From assembly GCA_002269645.1 (NCBI GenBank), contig NIVC01001971.1, positions 153,291 through 217,290 on the forward strand: 64,000 nucleotides of DNA. Reading direction: 5' to 3'. Below are positions 24,441 to 40,728 of this stretch, one piece after another. The number at the start of each line of letters is the position of its first letter. The first letter of the stretch is position 1. Origin of the DNA: Macrostomum lignano. Its lineage: Eukaryota. The notes below the pieces were generated by a model that was given only the letters and a program-made list of their open reading frames with translations, ran no database searches and was not told the origin of the DNA. Position numbers and translations under genes: made by a program.

Positions 24441-27400
24441 GTGCTTTAGCGCATGGTTTTAGCACCTGCAAGAGTGCTTTGATTTGAATTGGAAATTATG
24501 TTGAGAAGTGATATGCACTGCATTTTCTGATTGTAGATTTTGGCACAGATGCAAGTTGCAACCAAAAGATATGAAAATTTCTAGGAACTTAAGTACTACT
24601 CATGGTTATATAGCATATTTTGTATATTTGAAACTAGAGTTCTTAAGAGTACTCAACTTAATATCCAAAAGTAGAATAATCAAACCTATTTTTTAATACT
24701 TAAAATCAATAAAATTTTATCATATTTATTTATATTTAAATAGTTGATTAAAGTCAAATAGTTTATAAGATTAAGTAACTTATTTGATAATAACTAGTAA
24801 ATGTATAAATATGCATTACTATAATCCAAGAAACAAGAATTAAAATGTAATGTTAATATAAATTTAACAAAATGCATTATTTAATCATCAATTTCCATTA
24901 CAATGAGTCCCTAATATACTAAGCACCAGATGTCCCAATACACATCAGATAAGCTCCACATTTATCATTATGACTAGTCTAAGTAATTAGATGAGGGCAA
25001 AGAAAACATTCTTTTTCATCCTTAGCAGCTTTGAATGTAGTGGTGACCCAATATATAGTCACTCTTGGGATTCCTATTAATTTAGCAATAATGGTAAGCA
25101 TGTACCTATTAAAAAGGCATATAATGATTGCAATATAGCACTTTTGTATGATTAAAATTCTAAAAACTGAATGCTTCATTGTGTTTATTAAAATACTACT
25201 CCCTTTATATACAAGTTTTGTGTCACTAGCTTATATTTGAAAGTAGCATTATTCATTTAAATTTTGTCTCAAAATTCTATTGGGACACCCAATATATAAT
25301 TATAATATATACCAAGGTCCTATTTGGATCTTTTTATTGACTCTCACAATAGTTGCCAATATACTAATAAATATTTTATTAATTTGATATTCACTATCTA
25401 TATAGTAATACCCATAAACCATAGTATAAAGAGATGTTTTAGCAATACAATGTGTCCAACAAAAAATAAACTTCAAAATTGACCTAGTATATGACAATGT
25501 ATGATAGAAATAATTATATAGAAATATAATATACTATAATATAGGCCTACTATATAGCTAGTGCAATAATCCTTGGTTTATCAAGTGCAATAATCCTTGG
25601 CTTATTAAGTACAATAATCATTGGTTTATCAAGTAGAATAATCCGTCTTTCTAATTAGTTCAGCAATAAAAGCTTTCAATAAAAAATACATTACTAAGAT
25701 TTGAACCTCGGATTGCGCTAGATTTTTTAGTCAATTATTGCACCAGAATGCACTGGTATACAGGGTGTAATACATATCCAACCCCCTTTTGTGCCAAAAT
25801 TTTCTGTGAAGAAGGCCATCTTCCTGATTATAATATAGGTACATAGACAATAAATAAAAAACCTACTATATTGCAATCTATTTAAGAATCAAAATTCAAC
25901 TAGTCAGTTTTTTCTTTAGCATTTTTACTATGCATTTTTAAGTCAAAAGAGCTACTCGACCCAGGATGGAATTCTTGCACAAAAGTTGTTACATGTTTGT
26001 ATGAGCTTGTCAAATTCATACGCACTTGCACGCTGAAAAGGAGCCTACTTGCATGCTCTTAAAGAAGGTGTGTGTGCGCTCCATCGTATACGCTTGCAAG
26101 GAAGCTGTTTGCAGCAGAATCACAGACAGGATTTGACTTTTACATGCATTCAACATGGTTATGTGCCATGTAGTGTGTGCGCGCTCAAGTTCTCTTACTT
26201 TTCATAGTCCAGAAGGTTGTTTTTATGCTGGAAAATTTTAAACAAAAGTAAAACAAAGAAAAATAGTTTTTAGCAAAAACAGTTACTTTAAAGTTTAGTG
26301 GAACTCTTATAATTTTTAAAGAATATTTTCTTCAAAAATTATAATGTTCAAGCTACTTTAAATTTAAAGTACAACTTTTTCATTTACATTGACATAAGAA
26401 TTGAAAAACTAGAAATTTCATTTTTTAGCACATGGGCCCGCCATGATCTGCATTATGACTTTTTTACAGCTAGCGTGCGCACTGCTCCAAAAATGTGCAC
26501 AGGCATTTTCTTACCCCGGAGCAAGAATTCTATCCTAGTGCTTGGCCTTTAAAAAAAGCATGTTTTTTTAATATTTAATCCATTTAGCATTCAGCAATTT
26601 TTTAGCCATGATGCATAGTACTGTCATGGCAAAATTTCTGATCATATAGTATAAGTACAGTGCAAGTATAGATCATACAATGATCATAATTGATTTAAAA
26701 ATTATATAGTATAATGAATTTAAGAACAATTGAGGTCTATTATGTCTATACAAATTAATATCTAGTCTTACTACTTTTACATAGAATATAATATAGATTA
26801 GGAAAGCAAATGATCCTAGGCTATACTATAAATTAGCTTTAGGTATGATGGGATTATTCTATATTAATCAACTGTTGTCATGCACACCAAGTATGCCAAA
26901 ATTTTAATGACCTTTTTATTATGCATGTCAAATATATACTAGGCCTACTTAGCTACAGGGTGGTCCAAAGATGCAGTGGGGAGACAGGTGTTGCCCAATC
27001 AGCTATATACGAGGCCTAACATTTAGGCATTATTAAACATGCCAAATGAATGCCATGCCGCAATGTAAAGCTGCAATTGCAACTATAAGATGATCCAATT
27101 GGCTTGATTGACATTTTAAATCTTTGTGCTAATGTTAATATATTCTAAGAAAATAAATTTTCAAAAATCATTCAGAATGTTTTACAAAAAATAACAGTTT
27201 TAACTAAACTTTTTACTAGACTATAAGTATAACCATGTGCACAATGACAACCACAACCAAAATATAAAACTTCAAAATTCTAAGTTTTGATGCATGCCAT
27301 CATTCATGCCTATTTTTACCATTGCCTTGAGAATGCCAATTGCGCCATATTTCTAGCATTGCCTTGAGCACGCCAATTGCGCCATATTTTTTATCATTGA

Positions 27401-27499
27401 TTTGAGCACGCCAAAAAAGCAAGCACGCCAAAAAAATCTGGCGAACCATATGCACGCCAGAAAATTCCGGCGTATCTGCCGCCTTCCTGACTATGTGGC

Positions 27500-27764
27500 C
27501 TGTTGTATTGTAGCAGGAAGGATTAAATAATTGTAGAATACTTTTAGGCGAATTCGCTTTTAACTAGCTGCTTTAAATTTAGAAGTAAGATGAAAAATCT
27601 GATCTGTTGCTAACATACTTCCTCTTTTCTTATGAAAAGAATTTCGTTGTTGTCATTCAGTCATTCTGGGGATAGGATGATTCGCCTAAAAGCGAAAGCG
27701 AATTCGCCTAAAAGTATTCTACAACTATTTAATCCTTCCTGCTTTACCTGCTACAATACAACAG
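27500..27764. mobile_element. Short foldback/MITE-like element with about 60-bp terminal inverted repeats
   Basis: 27513-27560 versus 27695-27742 is a 48-bp inverted repeat with one mismatch; outer arms 27500-27517 / 27747-27764 also pair. Confidence 0.7.
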
Positions 27765-28488
27765 CAAACGAAACGATAACGAAAACAATTTTCCTGGAAA
27801 AAGGAAAAGTCAAAATAAAGATTAAAATTATTAAAAGTAAAAAACAAATTTGCGATAAACTGTACTGTTATAAAGTTACAATATTTTTTGAATTCCTTTA
27901 ATTACTTTTAACCATTAATATTTACATGAAATAGTGTTGAAGTCTAGAATTTTTTAAATATAAAGAGTTGTATAAATGATTTGAAGATTATTATTGTAAA
28001 AAAAACTTGAAATCATCAATCGGTTGCTTCTTCGTTGTGTTGACGATGAATTTTCAATGTTTTTTTTCTGGCTTGGTTTCCAAAATTTAAAGTCATATTA
28101 AATTGTTAGTTTGGAATCATTAACATTGTATAATTAATGACGTAAAACAAATTCATTTCCACAAAATTGTCTAATTTATGCGTGCACTTTTGTAGTGTGC
28201 CCTTATATACATTGTACTATGCACTAAAAATGAGGTGTCTTTAGATATATATCTACCTTTCTTTCTCATATACTAATCTTCTGATATCCTAATTGTCCAA
28301 TAGATATAAATAGAATAATGCATGCGTATCGTCAAGTAGTGTGCAGTCTGAATAAGTGCAGTGTGTGGTACATGTATTATTTTAGTGGATTACGGTCATA
28401 ATCAACGTAAATTTGTTTTCGTTGATTACTGGAACTAACATGAAATTACTGTATTTGAAACAGCAGATTAAAAACTAACAACAGGACA

Positions 28489-28618
28489 GGGGTCGCTTTC
28501 AGAAGCTCGAAATTCCACAACGTCGAAGTTTTGAGCTTTAGGGTATTTCGATCTTACGAAGTTTTCGAGGTTTTGAAAGGGAGCTCTGTTGTGAAATATC
28601 GAGCTTATCCCACGCCCC
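28489..28618. mobile_element. Possible small MITE
   Basis: Imperfect 19-bp inverted repeat 28503-28521 / 28588-28606, GGGG...CCCC ends. Confidence 0.35.
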
Positions 28619-29534
28619 GGATCTGCAGGTATAATATACAGTAACACTGTAAACTTGCACGTACATTTTTATACATGCTCATATAGATTTTTACGGATGA
28701 AAATGCGGTCTTATTTATTCCGAGCCTCTAGATCGTGGATGTCCCCGCTGAAACATCAGTGCAGTATGTGTGGTACACTGTACGGGCATTTACAATTACT
28801 GAAATTAACTCAAACTGCATTAGATCTGTTAAACCGAGTTGAACGTAGGGTTAACCTAAAAGCATGTTTAACATTGAAGATCAAGAAAATCCATTCGATA
28901 CAATTATGTCTGTCTCGCAATAAAAAGAAGTACTACTGAGATTGAATTAGTGGGAAGTGTCAGAGTTCAGTGCAGTTTATTATAACTGTATGCCAATATA
29001 AACTGTGCAATACGCGCGCCAACTCAATGTATTTGCTTTTTACATTTCTAACTGCAAATAGCTGCACATTTTGCCTAATAAATAAATCTTAATGCATTAT
29101 CGATTAGAAATATCTGCAATTAATTACTAATAAATAATCAGTGAATAGACTATTATATGTTAACAAGTGCAAGGCCATATAATAGAAAAACTTTTAAGCT
29201 AACCGACAGAGAGTGAGATGAAGGGGTGTTCAGTTTTAAAAGTATCATAATTAATATCGAAATTAAACTATAATGGGCAGCAGAGGTAGTACAGCTGTAG
29301 CTTGCATAGCTCAGACAGTGCAAGCACAATAGAAGATTATGGACCAGAGCTTGTGGGGAATGCAATTTGATTGCTGCTGTACCGTTTAGTGCAAATTTTC
29401 CTAGCTTACTACAATCTACACTGTGAAATGATGACATTGTAAATACGAATGATTCATTTTATAATTCTGCTGCTATAAATTGTTTGAAGACTTGACAAAT
29501 CAAACTACATGTAGTGCCCTTCATACAGCCTAAT

Positions 29535-30005
29535 TGGCGCCCGCTAGCACAGATTTCAGCGCTCCCTGACACCCATTTTGGCGCCCCTGACATCCATTTT
29601 GGCACCCTCTGACCCCATTTTGGCTCCCTGACGATTTTGGCGCCCCTGACACCGATTTTGGCGCCTCGACGATGTTAGCGCTCGCTGACACCGAATTTGG
29701 CGCCCCCTGACACCCCATTTTGGCGCCCTTCGACACCGATTTTGGCGCCCCCCGATACAGACTTTTGGCGTCTCCTGACGCCTCCATTTTGGCGCCCCTG
29801 ACACCGATTTTGGCGCTCCCTGACACCGATTTTGGCGCCCCTGACACCCCATTTTGGCGCCCTCCGACACCGATTTTGGCGCCCCCCCCGACACAGACTT
29901 TTGGCGTCACCTGACGCCTTAATTTTGGCTCCCCTGACAGTCTGACACTGATGTGTGGCGCACCCTGACACCTATTTTGGCGTCCCCGACACAGACTTTG
30001 GCGAC
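29535..30005. repeat. Degenerate 21-22-bp minisatellite (CTGACACCGATTTTGGCGCCCC)
   Basis: Recurring TTTTGGCGCC core. Confidence 0.85.
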
Positions 30006-30207
30006 CCGACGATTTTCGAGCTCTCAGACATCGAATTTGGCGAGGGTTTAGGGATGAGTTTAACTTGTCGAAATTCTGTGTCTATCCAATAAGCTAAAGT
30101 TTCTGCATGCAAAATCAAAACAAAATCATCTAAAGTACATGTGCACCTTTGCTGAGCGAGGATAGAGAGAGGATAAATGCTGCGCCGCTGCAGTCGCACC
30201 TGTCAGC

Positions 30208-30852
30208 TCAGCCTCGCCAATCGTCCCCATCGATGTCGTCCTCATCGTCGCTGCTGACTTCGGCGTCGATGAACTCCAGCACGGCTGCCGGGTCGAATGG
30301 CTTCAACGAGGAGGCGACTCCGTCCGGTCGTTCTTCGCCGCCGACGCTGTAGTCGGTGAGCATAGCAACGGTTGCTAGGGGCTCATCGCCAGGCGCCGGC
30401 TGACGAACGGCGAGTCTCCGGTGACGCAGGCGGGCGCAGCAGAGGTAGCCGAGCACCAGCAGCAGCAGCAGCAGCAGGGCTACAAAAAGGAACACCGATA
30501 CGAATGCCGCAGTGCTGAGGTCGAGAGTCGACGGCAGCAGCGGGATGTCGCAGTTGTAGCCGGTGTAGCCGCTCGGGCACTCGCAGCTCGGCTGGTCCAG
30601 CCGCTCCTCAATCCGGCTGTGCGCCACCGACCATTTCACCGCCACGGTGCAGCGGCCGCCGTTGGCGCAGTAGATCTGCTCGTGCGGCTCGCATGGCACC
30701 TTGCGGAATACAAACGGGCGAAGGTATTCAGCTGGCGGCAGCTGCACCCGGGCTGGCTGGCGGCCGCAGGCGTCCACCACAAGCGGCGTAGGCGCCAGCA
30801 ACAGCGGCAACAGTGATGGAAGCAGCGACTTGGCCGAATAGTAATGTCGCAT
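30208..30852 (-). CDS. Membrane-anchored EGF-like ligand precursor (TGF-alpha/neuregulin-like layout), 214 aa, intronless
   Basis: N-terminal hydrophobic signal, six-Cys EGF module C-x7-C-x5-C-x21-C-x-C-x8-C, a hydrophobic TM followed by RLRHRR, acidic cytoplasmic tail. Confidence 0.85.
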   Translation of the reverse strand: MRHYYSAKSLLPSLLPLLLAPTPLVVDACGRQPARVQLPPAEYLRPFVFRKVPCEPHEQIYCANGGRCTVAVKWSVAHSRIEERLDQPSCECPSGYTGYNCDIPLLPSTLDLSTAAFVSVFLFVALLLLLLLVLGYLCCARLRHRRLAVRQPAPGDEPLATVAMLTDYSVGGEERPDGVASSLKPFDPAAVLEFIDAEVSSDDEDDIDGDDWRG

Positions 30853-30859
30853 GTCGCTC

Positions 30860-30945
30860 TGCCGCTGCTGCTGCCGCTGCCACCGCCGCTGCCACCGCCG
30901 CTGCCGCCGCCGCTGCCGCCGCCGCAGCCGCAGCTGCCGCCGTCA
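30860..30945. repeat. GCN trinucleotide tract immediately upstream of the EGF-like start codon
   Basis: (GCC/GCT/GCA)n-like run. Confidence 0.85.
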
Positions 30946-31789
30946 CGAGAAAGTAGATACCGTGACTACTGCAGCATAACTATACTGATGATTGTGTGAC
31001 GCGGCAAATTTTGCTAGCACTCTATGCTGCCTTAATATTGTAGCAATTTGCTAATTATTGGCATTGGATTTGCTAGAACTTCAAATTCAACTGCTCGGAA
31101 GAGAAACAAAACATATCGGTAGCAGGTATTATACAGCTGATGATGGGAAGGCGAGGGGAATCTATTGAATGCGGGAAAACTGTGGTTTTTTTCTGTTGCA
31201 GACAGCCACGCAGCAGCAGCAGGGCAGCAAGTGTTGGAAATGGGAGGTTGGCTTGGCTTCCCCATATTTTAGGGCCAAAGTTGGCCCCACCTCCACCCAG
31301 GTTGCGCTGGCCCGCTGCAATCTCTCTTCCCTACCCCACCCACCCTATGCAGCCAAGAAGAATAGACGAGAAAGGCCTACTTACTGCCGCGCCAACCCCC
31401 CCCCCCACCGCTGGCATAGGCCGATTGCGTACATGGCCTGAATCGCCCCCACCCAAGCAGCTGGGCTCCGTATGGTACGCACACACACACACACACATAC
31501 ACACACACTGGAGCTCTAACGCCCTTCACATTCACCATTCTGCGGCTTCACACAACGGCTGGGCTGGGGTGGTGGTTGGGGTGGGGAGAGAAGGGATTGA
31601 AGTGGGCGAGATAGAGGGGCAGAGAGGCGATAAAGGGAAGGGATTAATTTAAGAACTAAACGTGGAATAAATGCTTCTTGACGTCGATGTTGCTCATTGG
31701 GTTTGGAGGTTTGGCAGTTGACTACAGCTTGCTGTTTGTGTGTTAGAGTCGGGGATGAATGGAGGAGGGGGAGATGAAGGGAGACTCAT

Positions 31790-31980
31790 GAGAGACACGG
31801 GTGAGATGAAGGGATTACTGAAATGAAGGGAAGAGAGGGAGACTCAAGAGAGACACGGGTGAGATGAAGGGATTACTGAAATGAAGGGAAGAGAGGGAGA
31901 CTCAAGAGAGACACGGGTGAGATGAAGGGATTACTGAAATGAAGGGAAGAGAGGGAGACTCAATTGAGACACCAGTGAGA
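31790..31980. repeat. About 58-bp purine-rich tandem repeat, 3 copies
   Basis: GAGACACGGGTGAGATGAAGGGATTACTG recurs. Confidence 0.8.
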
Positions 31981-32415
31981 TTAAGGGAGACTCAGAAGCA
32001 ACCACAAGATTGAGATGGTAGGAGATTCAGCTGGGGAAGTGAGAAGTGCGAGCCTCAACGAGTTCGCAAGCCCACTTGCCCCGAGAGTCCCGTTATCTAT
32101 ACACAAAGATTCGCCCACGAAGTCCCCCAAACTCCGTGCATAGCTGGCCTTTTCCTGCGCGTTATACTCGCAGCTATTTTTGGGCAAATATTGTTTGTTC
32201 CACAAGTCGCCAAATTAGTAGAACAATATCAGCCTTACGTCCACCACATGCATGCAGGCTTATCACTCAGAGCGTGAAAATGAGCAGACTTTGGACTAAA
32301 TCTTTTACGTGCTCACTGTCTAATACGCCCTCGTATCTGAAACACAGAAATACTAATGCAGCACGATAACTCTATTAATATGACATCACAAAGGCTATTA
32401 TAGTAGATAAATGGG

Positions 32416-35147
<2,732 letters not shown>

Positions 35148-35631
35148 AGGTAGCAGCTGAAAGCAGAACCGCATTCTTCGCAGCGATTTCCCATGAAGCC
35201 AGTGGCCGAGAGTGCGGTCTCTCCAGTCTGCAGTTTCTCGATTAATTATTTTTGCGTGTATCAAACATTTTCTTGTTGCTCGCGTGGCTGCATGCACAGA
35301 CTATACTAGCTGTATTCGCAGCCTGTAAGCAAGGGTTATTGTGTACACTTGCAAGGAACCTATACAGCCTTGTTCGAGTCAAACCGTGCTATGCATGTAA
35401 TAAAGACGCCCAACCGCTGTGTGAATAGCAAGGCCAATTCCAGATCAAGTTGCAATTCAAGGCTTAGAGCCCCTTGTGTAGCGGCATTGAAATGCGAAGG
35501 CGGCTAGCTGTGCGCAATACAGAACAACGTCTTTTTCCATTTTCGGAACCCCCATTTTGCCACCAAGTTTATTTTACATTGTTAGAATGGGGATGCTGAT
35601 TGCTGATGATATTTGTAGCTAGGAGATGTGG

Positions 35632-38600
35632 ATTTAGTGGTGTCTCATCCCCAATATGAGACTGCATGGGATTTCAGTGGTGTCTCATCCCCAATATGAG
35701 ACTGCATGGGATTTCAGTGGTGTCTCATCCCCAATATGAGACAGCATGGGATTTTAGTGGTGTCTCATCCCCAATATATGACTGCATGGGATTTTAGTGG
35801 TGTCTCATCCCCAATATGAGACTGCATGGGATTTCAGTGGTGTCTCATCCCCAATATGAGACAGCATGGGATTTTAGTGGTGTCTCATCCCCAATATGAG
35901 ACTGCATGGGATTTTAGTGGTGTCTCATCCCCAATATGAGACTGCATGGGATTTCAGTGGTGTCTCATCCCCAATATGAGACAGCATGGGATTTTAGTGG
36001 TGTCTCATCCCCAATATGAGACTGCATGGGATTTTAGTGGTGTCTCATCCCCAATATGAGAGTCCATGGGATTTTAGTGGTGTCTCATCCCCAATATGAG
36101 ACTGCATGGGATTTTAGTGGTGTCTCATCCCCAATATGAGACTGCATGGGATTTTAGTGGTGTCTCATCCCCAATATGAGACTGCATGGGATTTCAGTGG
36201 TGTCTCATCCCCAATATGAGACTGCATGGGATTTTAGTGGTGTCTCATCCCCAATATGAGACTGCATGGGATTTTAGTGGTGTCTCATCCCCAATATGAG
36301 ACTGCATGGGATTTTAGTGGTGTCTCATCCCCAATATGAGACAGCATGGGATTTTAGTGGTGTCTCATCCCCAATATGAGACTGCATGGGATTTTAGTGG
36401 TGTCTCATCCCCAATATGAGACTGCATGGGATTTTAGTGGTGTCTCATCCCCAATATGAGACTGCATGGGATTTTAGTGGTGTCTCGATCATCCCCAATA
36501 TGAGACAGCATGGGATTTAGTGGTGTCTCATCCCCAATATGAGACTGCATGGGATTTTAGTGGTGTCTCATCCCCAATATGAGACTGCATGGGATTTTAG
36601 TGGTGTCTCATCCCCAATATGAGACTGCATGGGATTTTAGTGGTGTCTCATCCCCAATATGAGACTGCATGGGATTTTAGTGGTGTCTCATCCCCAATAT
36701 GAGACTGCATGGGATTTTAGTGGTGTCTCATCCCCAATATGAGACTGCATGGGATTTTAGTGGTGTCTCATCCCCAATATGAGACTGCATGGGATTTTAG
36801 TGGTGTCTCATCCCCAATATGAGACTGCATGGGATTTTAGTGGTGTCTCATCCCCAATATGAGACTGCATGGGATTTTAGTGGTGTCTCATCCCTAATAT
36901 GAGACTGCATGGGATTTTAGTGGTGTCTCATCCCCAATATGAGACTGCATGGGATTTTAGTGGTGTCTCATCCCCAATATGAAACTGCATGGGATTTTAG
37001 TGGTGTCTCATCCCCAATATGAGACTGCATGGGATTTTAGTGGTGTCTCATCCCCAATATGAGACTGCATGGGATTTTAGTGGTGTCTCATCCCCAATAT
37101 GAGACTGCATGGGATTTTAGTGGTGTCTCATCCCCAATATGAGACTGCATGGGATTTTAGTGGTGTCTCATCCCCAATATGAGACTGCATGGGATTTTAG
37201 TGGTGTCTCATCCCCAATATGAGACTGCATGGGATTTTAGTGGTGTCTCATCCCCAATATGAGACTGCATGGGATTTTAGTGGTGTCTCATCCCCAATAT
37301 GAGACTGCATGGGATTTTAGTGGTGTCTCATCCCCAATATGAGACTGCATGGGATTTTAGTGGTGTCTCATCCCTAATATGAGACTGCATGGGATTTTAG
37401 TGGTGTCTCATCCCCAATATGAGACTGCATGGGATCTTTGTGGTGTCTCATCCCCAATATGAGACTGCATGGGATTTTAGTGGTGTCTCATCCCCAATAT
37501 GAGACTGCATGGGATTTTAGTGGTGTCTCATCCCCAATATGAGACTGCATGGGATTTTAGTGGTGTCTCATCCCCAATATGAGACTGCATGGGATTTTAG
37601 TGGTGTCTCATCCCCAATATGAGACTGCATGGGATTTTAGTGGTGTCTCATCCCCAATATGAGAGTCCATGGGATTTTAGTGGTGTCTCATCCCTAATAC
37701 GAGACTGCATGGGATTTTAGTGGTGTCTCATCCCCAATATGAGACTGCATGGGATTTTAGTGGTGTCTGATCCCCAGTACGAGACTGCATGGGATTTTAG
37801 TGGTGTCTCATCCCCAACATAATACTGCATGGGATTTTAGTGGTGTCTCATCCCTAATATGGGACTGCATGGGATTTTAGTGGTGTCTCATCCCCAATAT
37901 AAGACTGCATGGGATTTTAGTGGTGTCTCATCCCCAATATGAGACTGCATGGGATTTTGGTGGTGGCTCATCCCCAGTATGAGACTGTATGGGATTTTAG
38001 TGGTGTCTCATCCCCAATATGAGACTGCATGGGATTTTAGTGGTGTCTCATCCCCAATATGAGACTGCATGGGATTTCAGTGGTGTCTCATCCCCAATAT
38101 GAGACTGCATGGGATTTCAGTGGTGTCTCATCCCCAATATGAGACTGCATGGGATTTCAGTGGTGTCTCATCCCCAATATGAGACTGCATGGGATTTCAG
38201 TGGTGTCTCATCCCCAATATGAGACTGCATGGGATTTTAGTGGTGTCTCATCCCCAATATGAGACTGCATGGGATTTCAGTGGTGTCTCATCCCCAATAT
38301 GAGACTGCATGGGATTTTAGTGGTGTCTCATCCCCAATATGAGACTGCATGGGATTTCAGTGGTGTCTCATCCCCAATATGAGACTGCATGGGATTTCAG
38401 TGGTGTCTCATCCCCAATATGAGACTGCATGGGATTTCAGTGGTGTCTCATTCCCAATATGAGACTGCATGGGATTTTAGTGGTGTCTCATCCCCAATAT
38501 GAGACTGCATGGGATTTTAGTGGTGTCTCATCCCCAATATGAGACTGCATGGGATTTTAGTGGTGTCTCATCCCCAATATGAGACTGCATGGGATTTTAG

Positions 38601-39848
38601 TGGTGTCTCATCCCCAATATGAAACTGCATGGGATCTTAGTGGTGTCTCATTCGCAATATGAGACTGCATGGGATCTTTGTGGTGTCTCATCCCCAATAT
38701 GAGACTGCATGGGATCTTAGTGGTGTCTCATTCGCAATATGAGACAGCATGGGATTTTAGTGGTGTCTCATCCGCAATATGAGACTGCATGGGATTTCAG
38801 TGGTGTCTCATCCGCAATATGAGACAGCATGGGATTTCAGTGGTGTCTCATCCCCAATATGAGACTGCATGGGATTTTAGTGGTGTCTCATATGATATGA
38901 GACAGCATGGGATTTTAGTGGTGTCTCATCCCCAATATGAGACTGCATGGGATTTTAGTGGTGTCTCATCCCCAATATGAAACTGCATGGGATTTTAGTG
39001 GTGTCTCGATCATCCCCAATATGAAACTGCATGGGATTTTAGTGGTGTCTCATCCGCAATATGAGACTGCATGGGATTTCAGTGGTGTCTCATCCCCAAT
39101 ATGAGACTGCATGGGATTTTAGTGGTGTCTCATCCCCAATATGAGACTGCATGGGATTTCAGTGGTGTCTCATCCCCAATATGAGACTGCATGGGATTTC
39201 AGTGGTGTCTCATCCCCAATATGAGACTGCATGGGATTTCAGTGGTGTCTCATCCCCAATATGAGACTGCATGGGATTTTAGTGGTGTCTCATCCCCAAT
39301 ATGAGACTGCATGGGATTTTAGTGGTGTCTCATCCCCAATATGAGACTGCATGGGATTTTAGTGGTGTCTCATCCCCAATATGAGACTGCATGGGATTTT
39401 AGTGGTGTCTCATCCCCAATATGAGAGTCCATGGGATTTTAGTGGTGTCTCATCCCTAATACGAGACTGCATGGGATTTTAGTGGTGTCTCATCCCCAAT
39501 ATGAGACTGCATGGGATTTTAGTGGTGTCTGATCCCCAGTACGAGACTGCATGGGATTTTAGTGGTGTCTCATCCCCAACATAATACTGCATGGGATTTT
39601 AGTGGTGTCTCATCCCTAATATGGGACTGCATGGGATTTTAGTGGTGTCTCATCCCCAATATAAGACTGCATGGGATTTTAGTGGTGTCTCATCCCCAAT
39701 ATGAGACTGCATGGGATTTTGGTGGTGGCTCATCCCCAGTATGAGACTGTATGGGATTTTAGTGGTGTCTCATCCCCAACATAATACTGCATGGGATTTT
39801 AGTGGTGTCTCATCCCCAATATGAGACAGCATGGGATTTTAGTGGTGT
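35632..39848 (+). repeat. 40-bp satellite array (CATGGGATTTTAGTGGTGTCTCATCCCCAATATGAGACTG), about 105 copies
   Basis: Period 40; contiguous units without spacers. Confidence 0.98.
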
Positions 39849-40386
39849 TAGTACGAGACTAGGATTTCAGGCGTTTGAATGCCCAGTGCAGTGCAGTTTA
39901 TAAATCAGAAAAGTTCTCTCAAAACATTCGTTTTCCAGTTTTATTGTATTTTTGTCATTGCACGAATCCAGAGCTGCAGCCACACGCATGCGGGTAGCCC
40001 AGAATCTGGACGGGAAATTCAGTTGCACAGGAAGAGAGGAAAACTTGATACAGAGAAATCCAATTCCATGCATTGAGAGAAGTTTCGGTATGCTTGAAAA
40101 TACGAGTAAAAAGCATATACACATATGTATACTTTGTTTAAACATTATTTTGTCCTGGTTGTAGTCCAATATGCAGGAGATACACTTTATAGCTTAAATA
40201 TCACATACCTCAGATAGAGACGGACAACTCACTTTTAGTGTATGGGACTGCGTACCGTAATGCATTAAATGATTTTTAGGGAACTACCGCAGGCTCGAGA
40301 CACTATACATGTAATATAATACCAACCCTGGAGATCCAGGCCCCGCGAATCGAATCGTATGTACGCAACTGGCTGAGCCAAATCAA

Positions 40387-40728
40387 ATGGCACCCCGATA
40401 CCGAATGCTATTAGCGGTTCAAGTTGAAGACTTCATTTTGCTCGGCTTCGTCTGCCAGTTCGTGGAGCCGCCTGCCGCCACCAAGTCGGCTGGCTACTGG
40501 ACTCCGGCTGAGCTCACGAGAACCCGGAGCGACACGTACTACTGCTGCGATGAGCTGCAGCCAGTGGCCTCGCTGCAGGCCTGCCTGGTCAGAGCCTCCC
40601 TGTGTGGCAGCAGGTGCCGCAGCGCTCTGTACAACAGCCGGCTGGCCGCCTGCCGCCTGCTGCAGTTCGCCGACGCTCCGGTCGACCCGGAAATCGAGAG
40701 CAGCCCGAACTGGGTCAAGCTGGTTTAG
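40387..40728 (+). CDS. Small Cys-rich, possibly secreted PAN/apple-like domain protein, 113 aa
   Basis: GC-rich coding-like island between arrays; hydrophobic N-terminus; SLQACLVRASLCGSRCRSALYNSRLAACRLL resembles PAN Cys spacing. Confidence 0.55.
   Translation: MAPRYRMLLAVQVEDFILLGFVCQFVEPPAATKSAGYWTPAELTRTRSDTYYCCDELQPVASLQACLVRASLCGSRCRSALYNSRLAACRLLQFADAPVDPEIESSPNWVKLV

Noticed and set aside
25755-26975. TACAGGGTG motifs resembling Tc1/mariner termini (also TACAGTGG near 13764)
   Set aside because: No matching inverted end found
35150-35240. Laminin-EGF-like peptide TGFMGNRCEECGSAF next to the GATA array
   Set aside because: Too short, lacks the upstream cysteines and has no convincing exon boundaries
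35632-39848. CRISPR-like palindromic 40-bp repeat
   Set aside because: Units are contiguous with no unique spacers, there are no cas genes and the context is eukaryotic; it is a satellite
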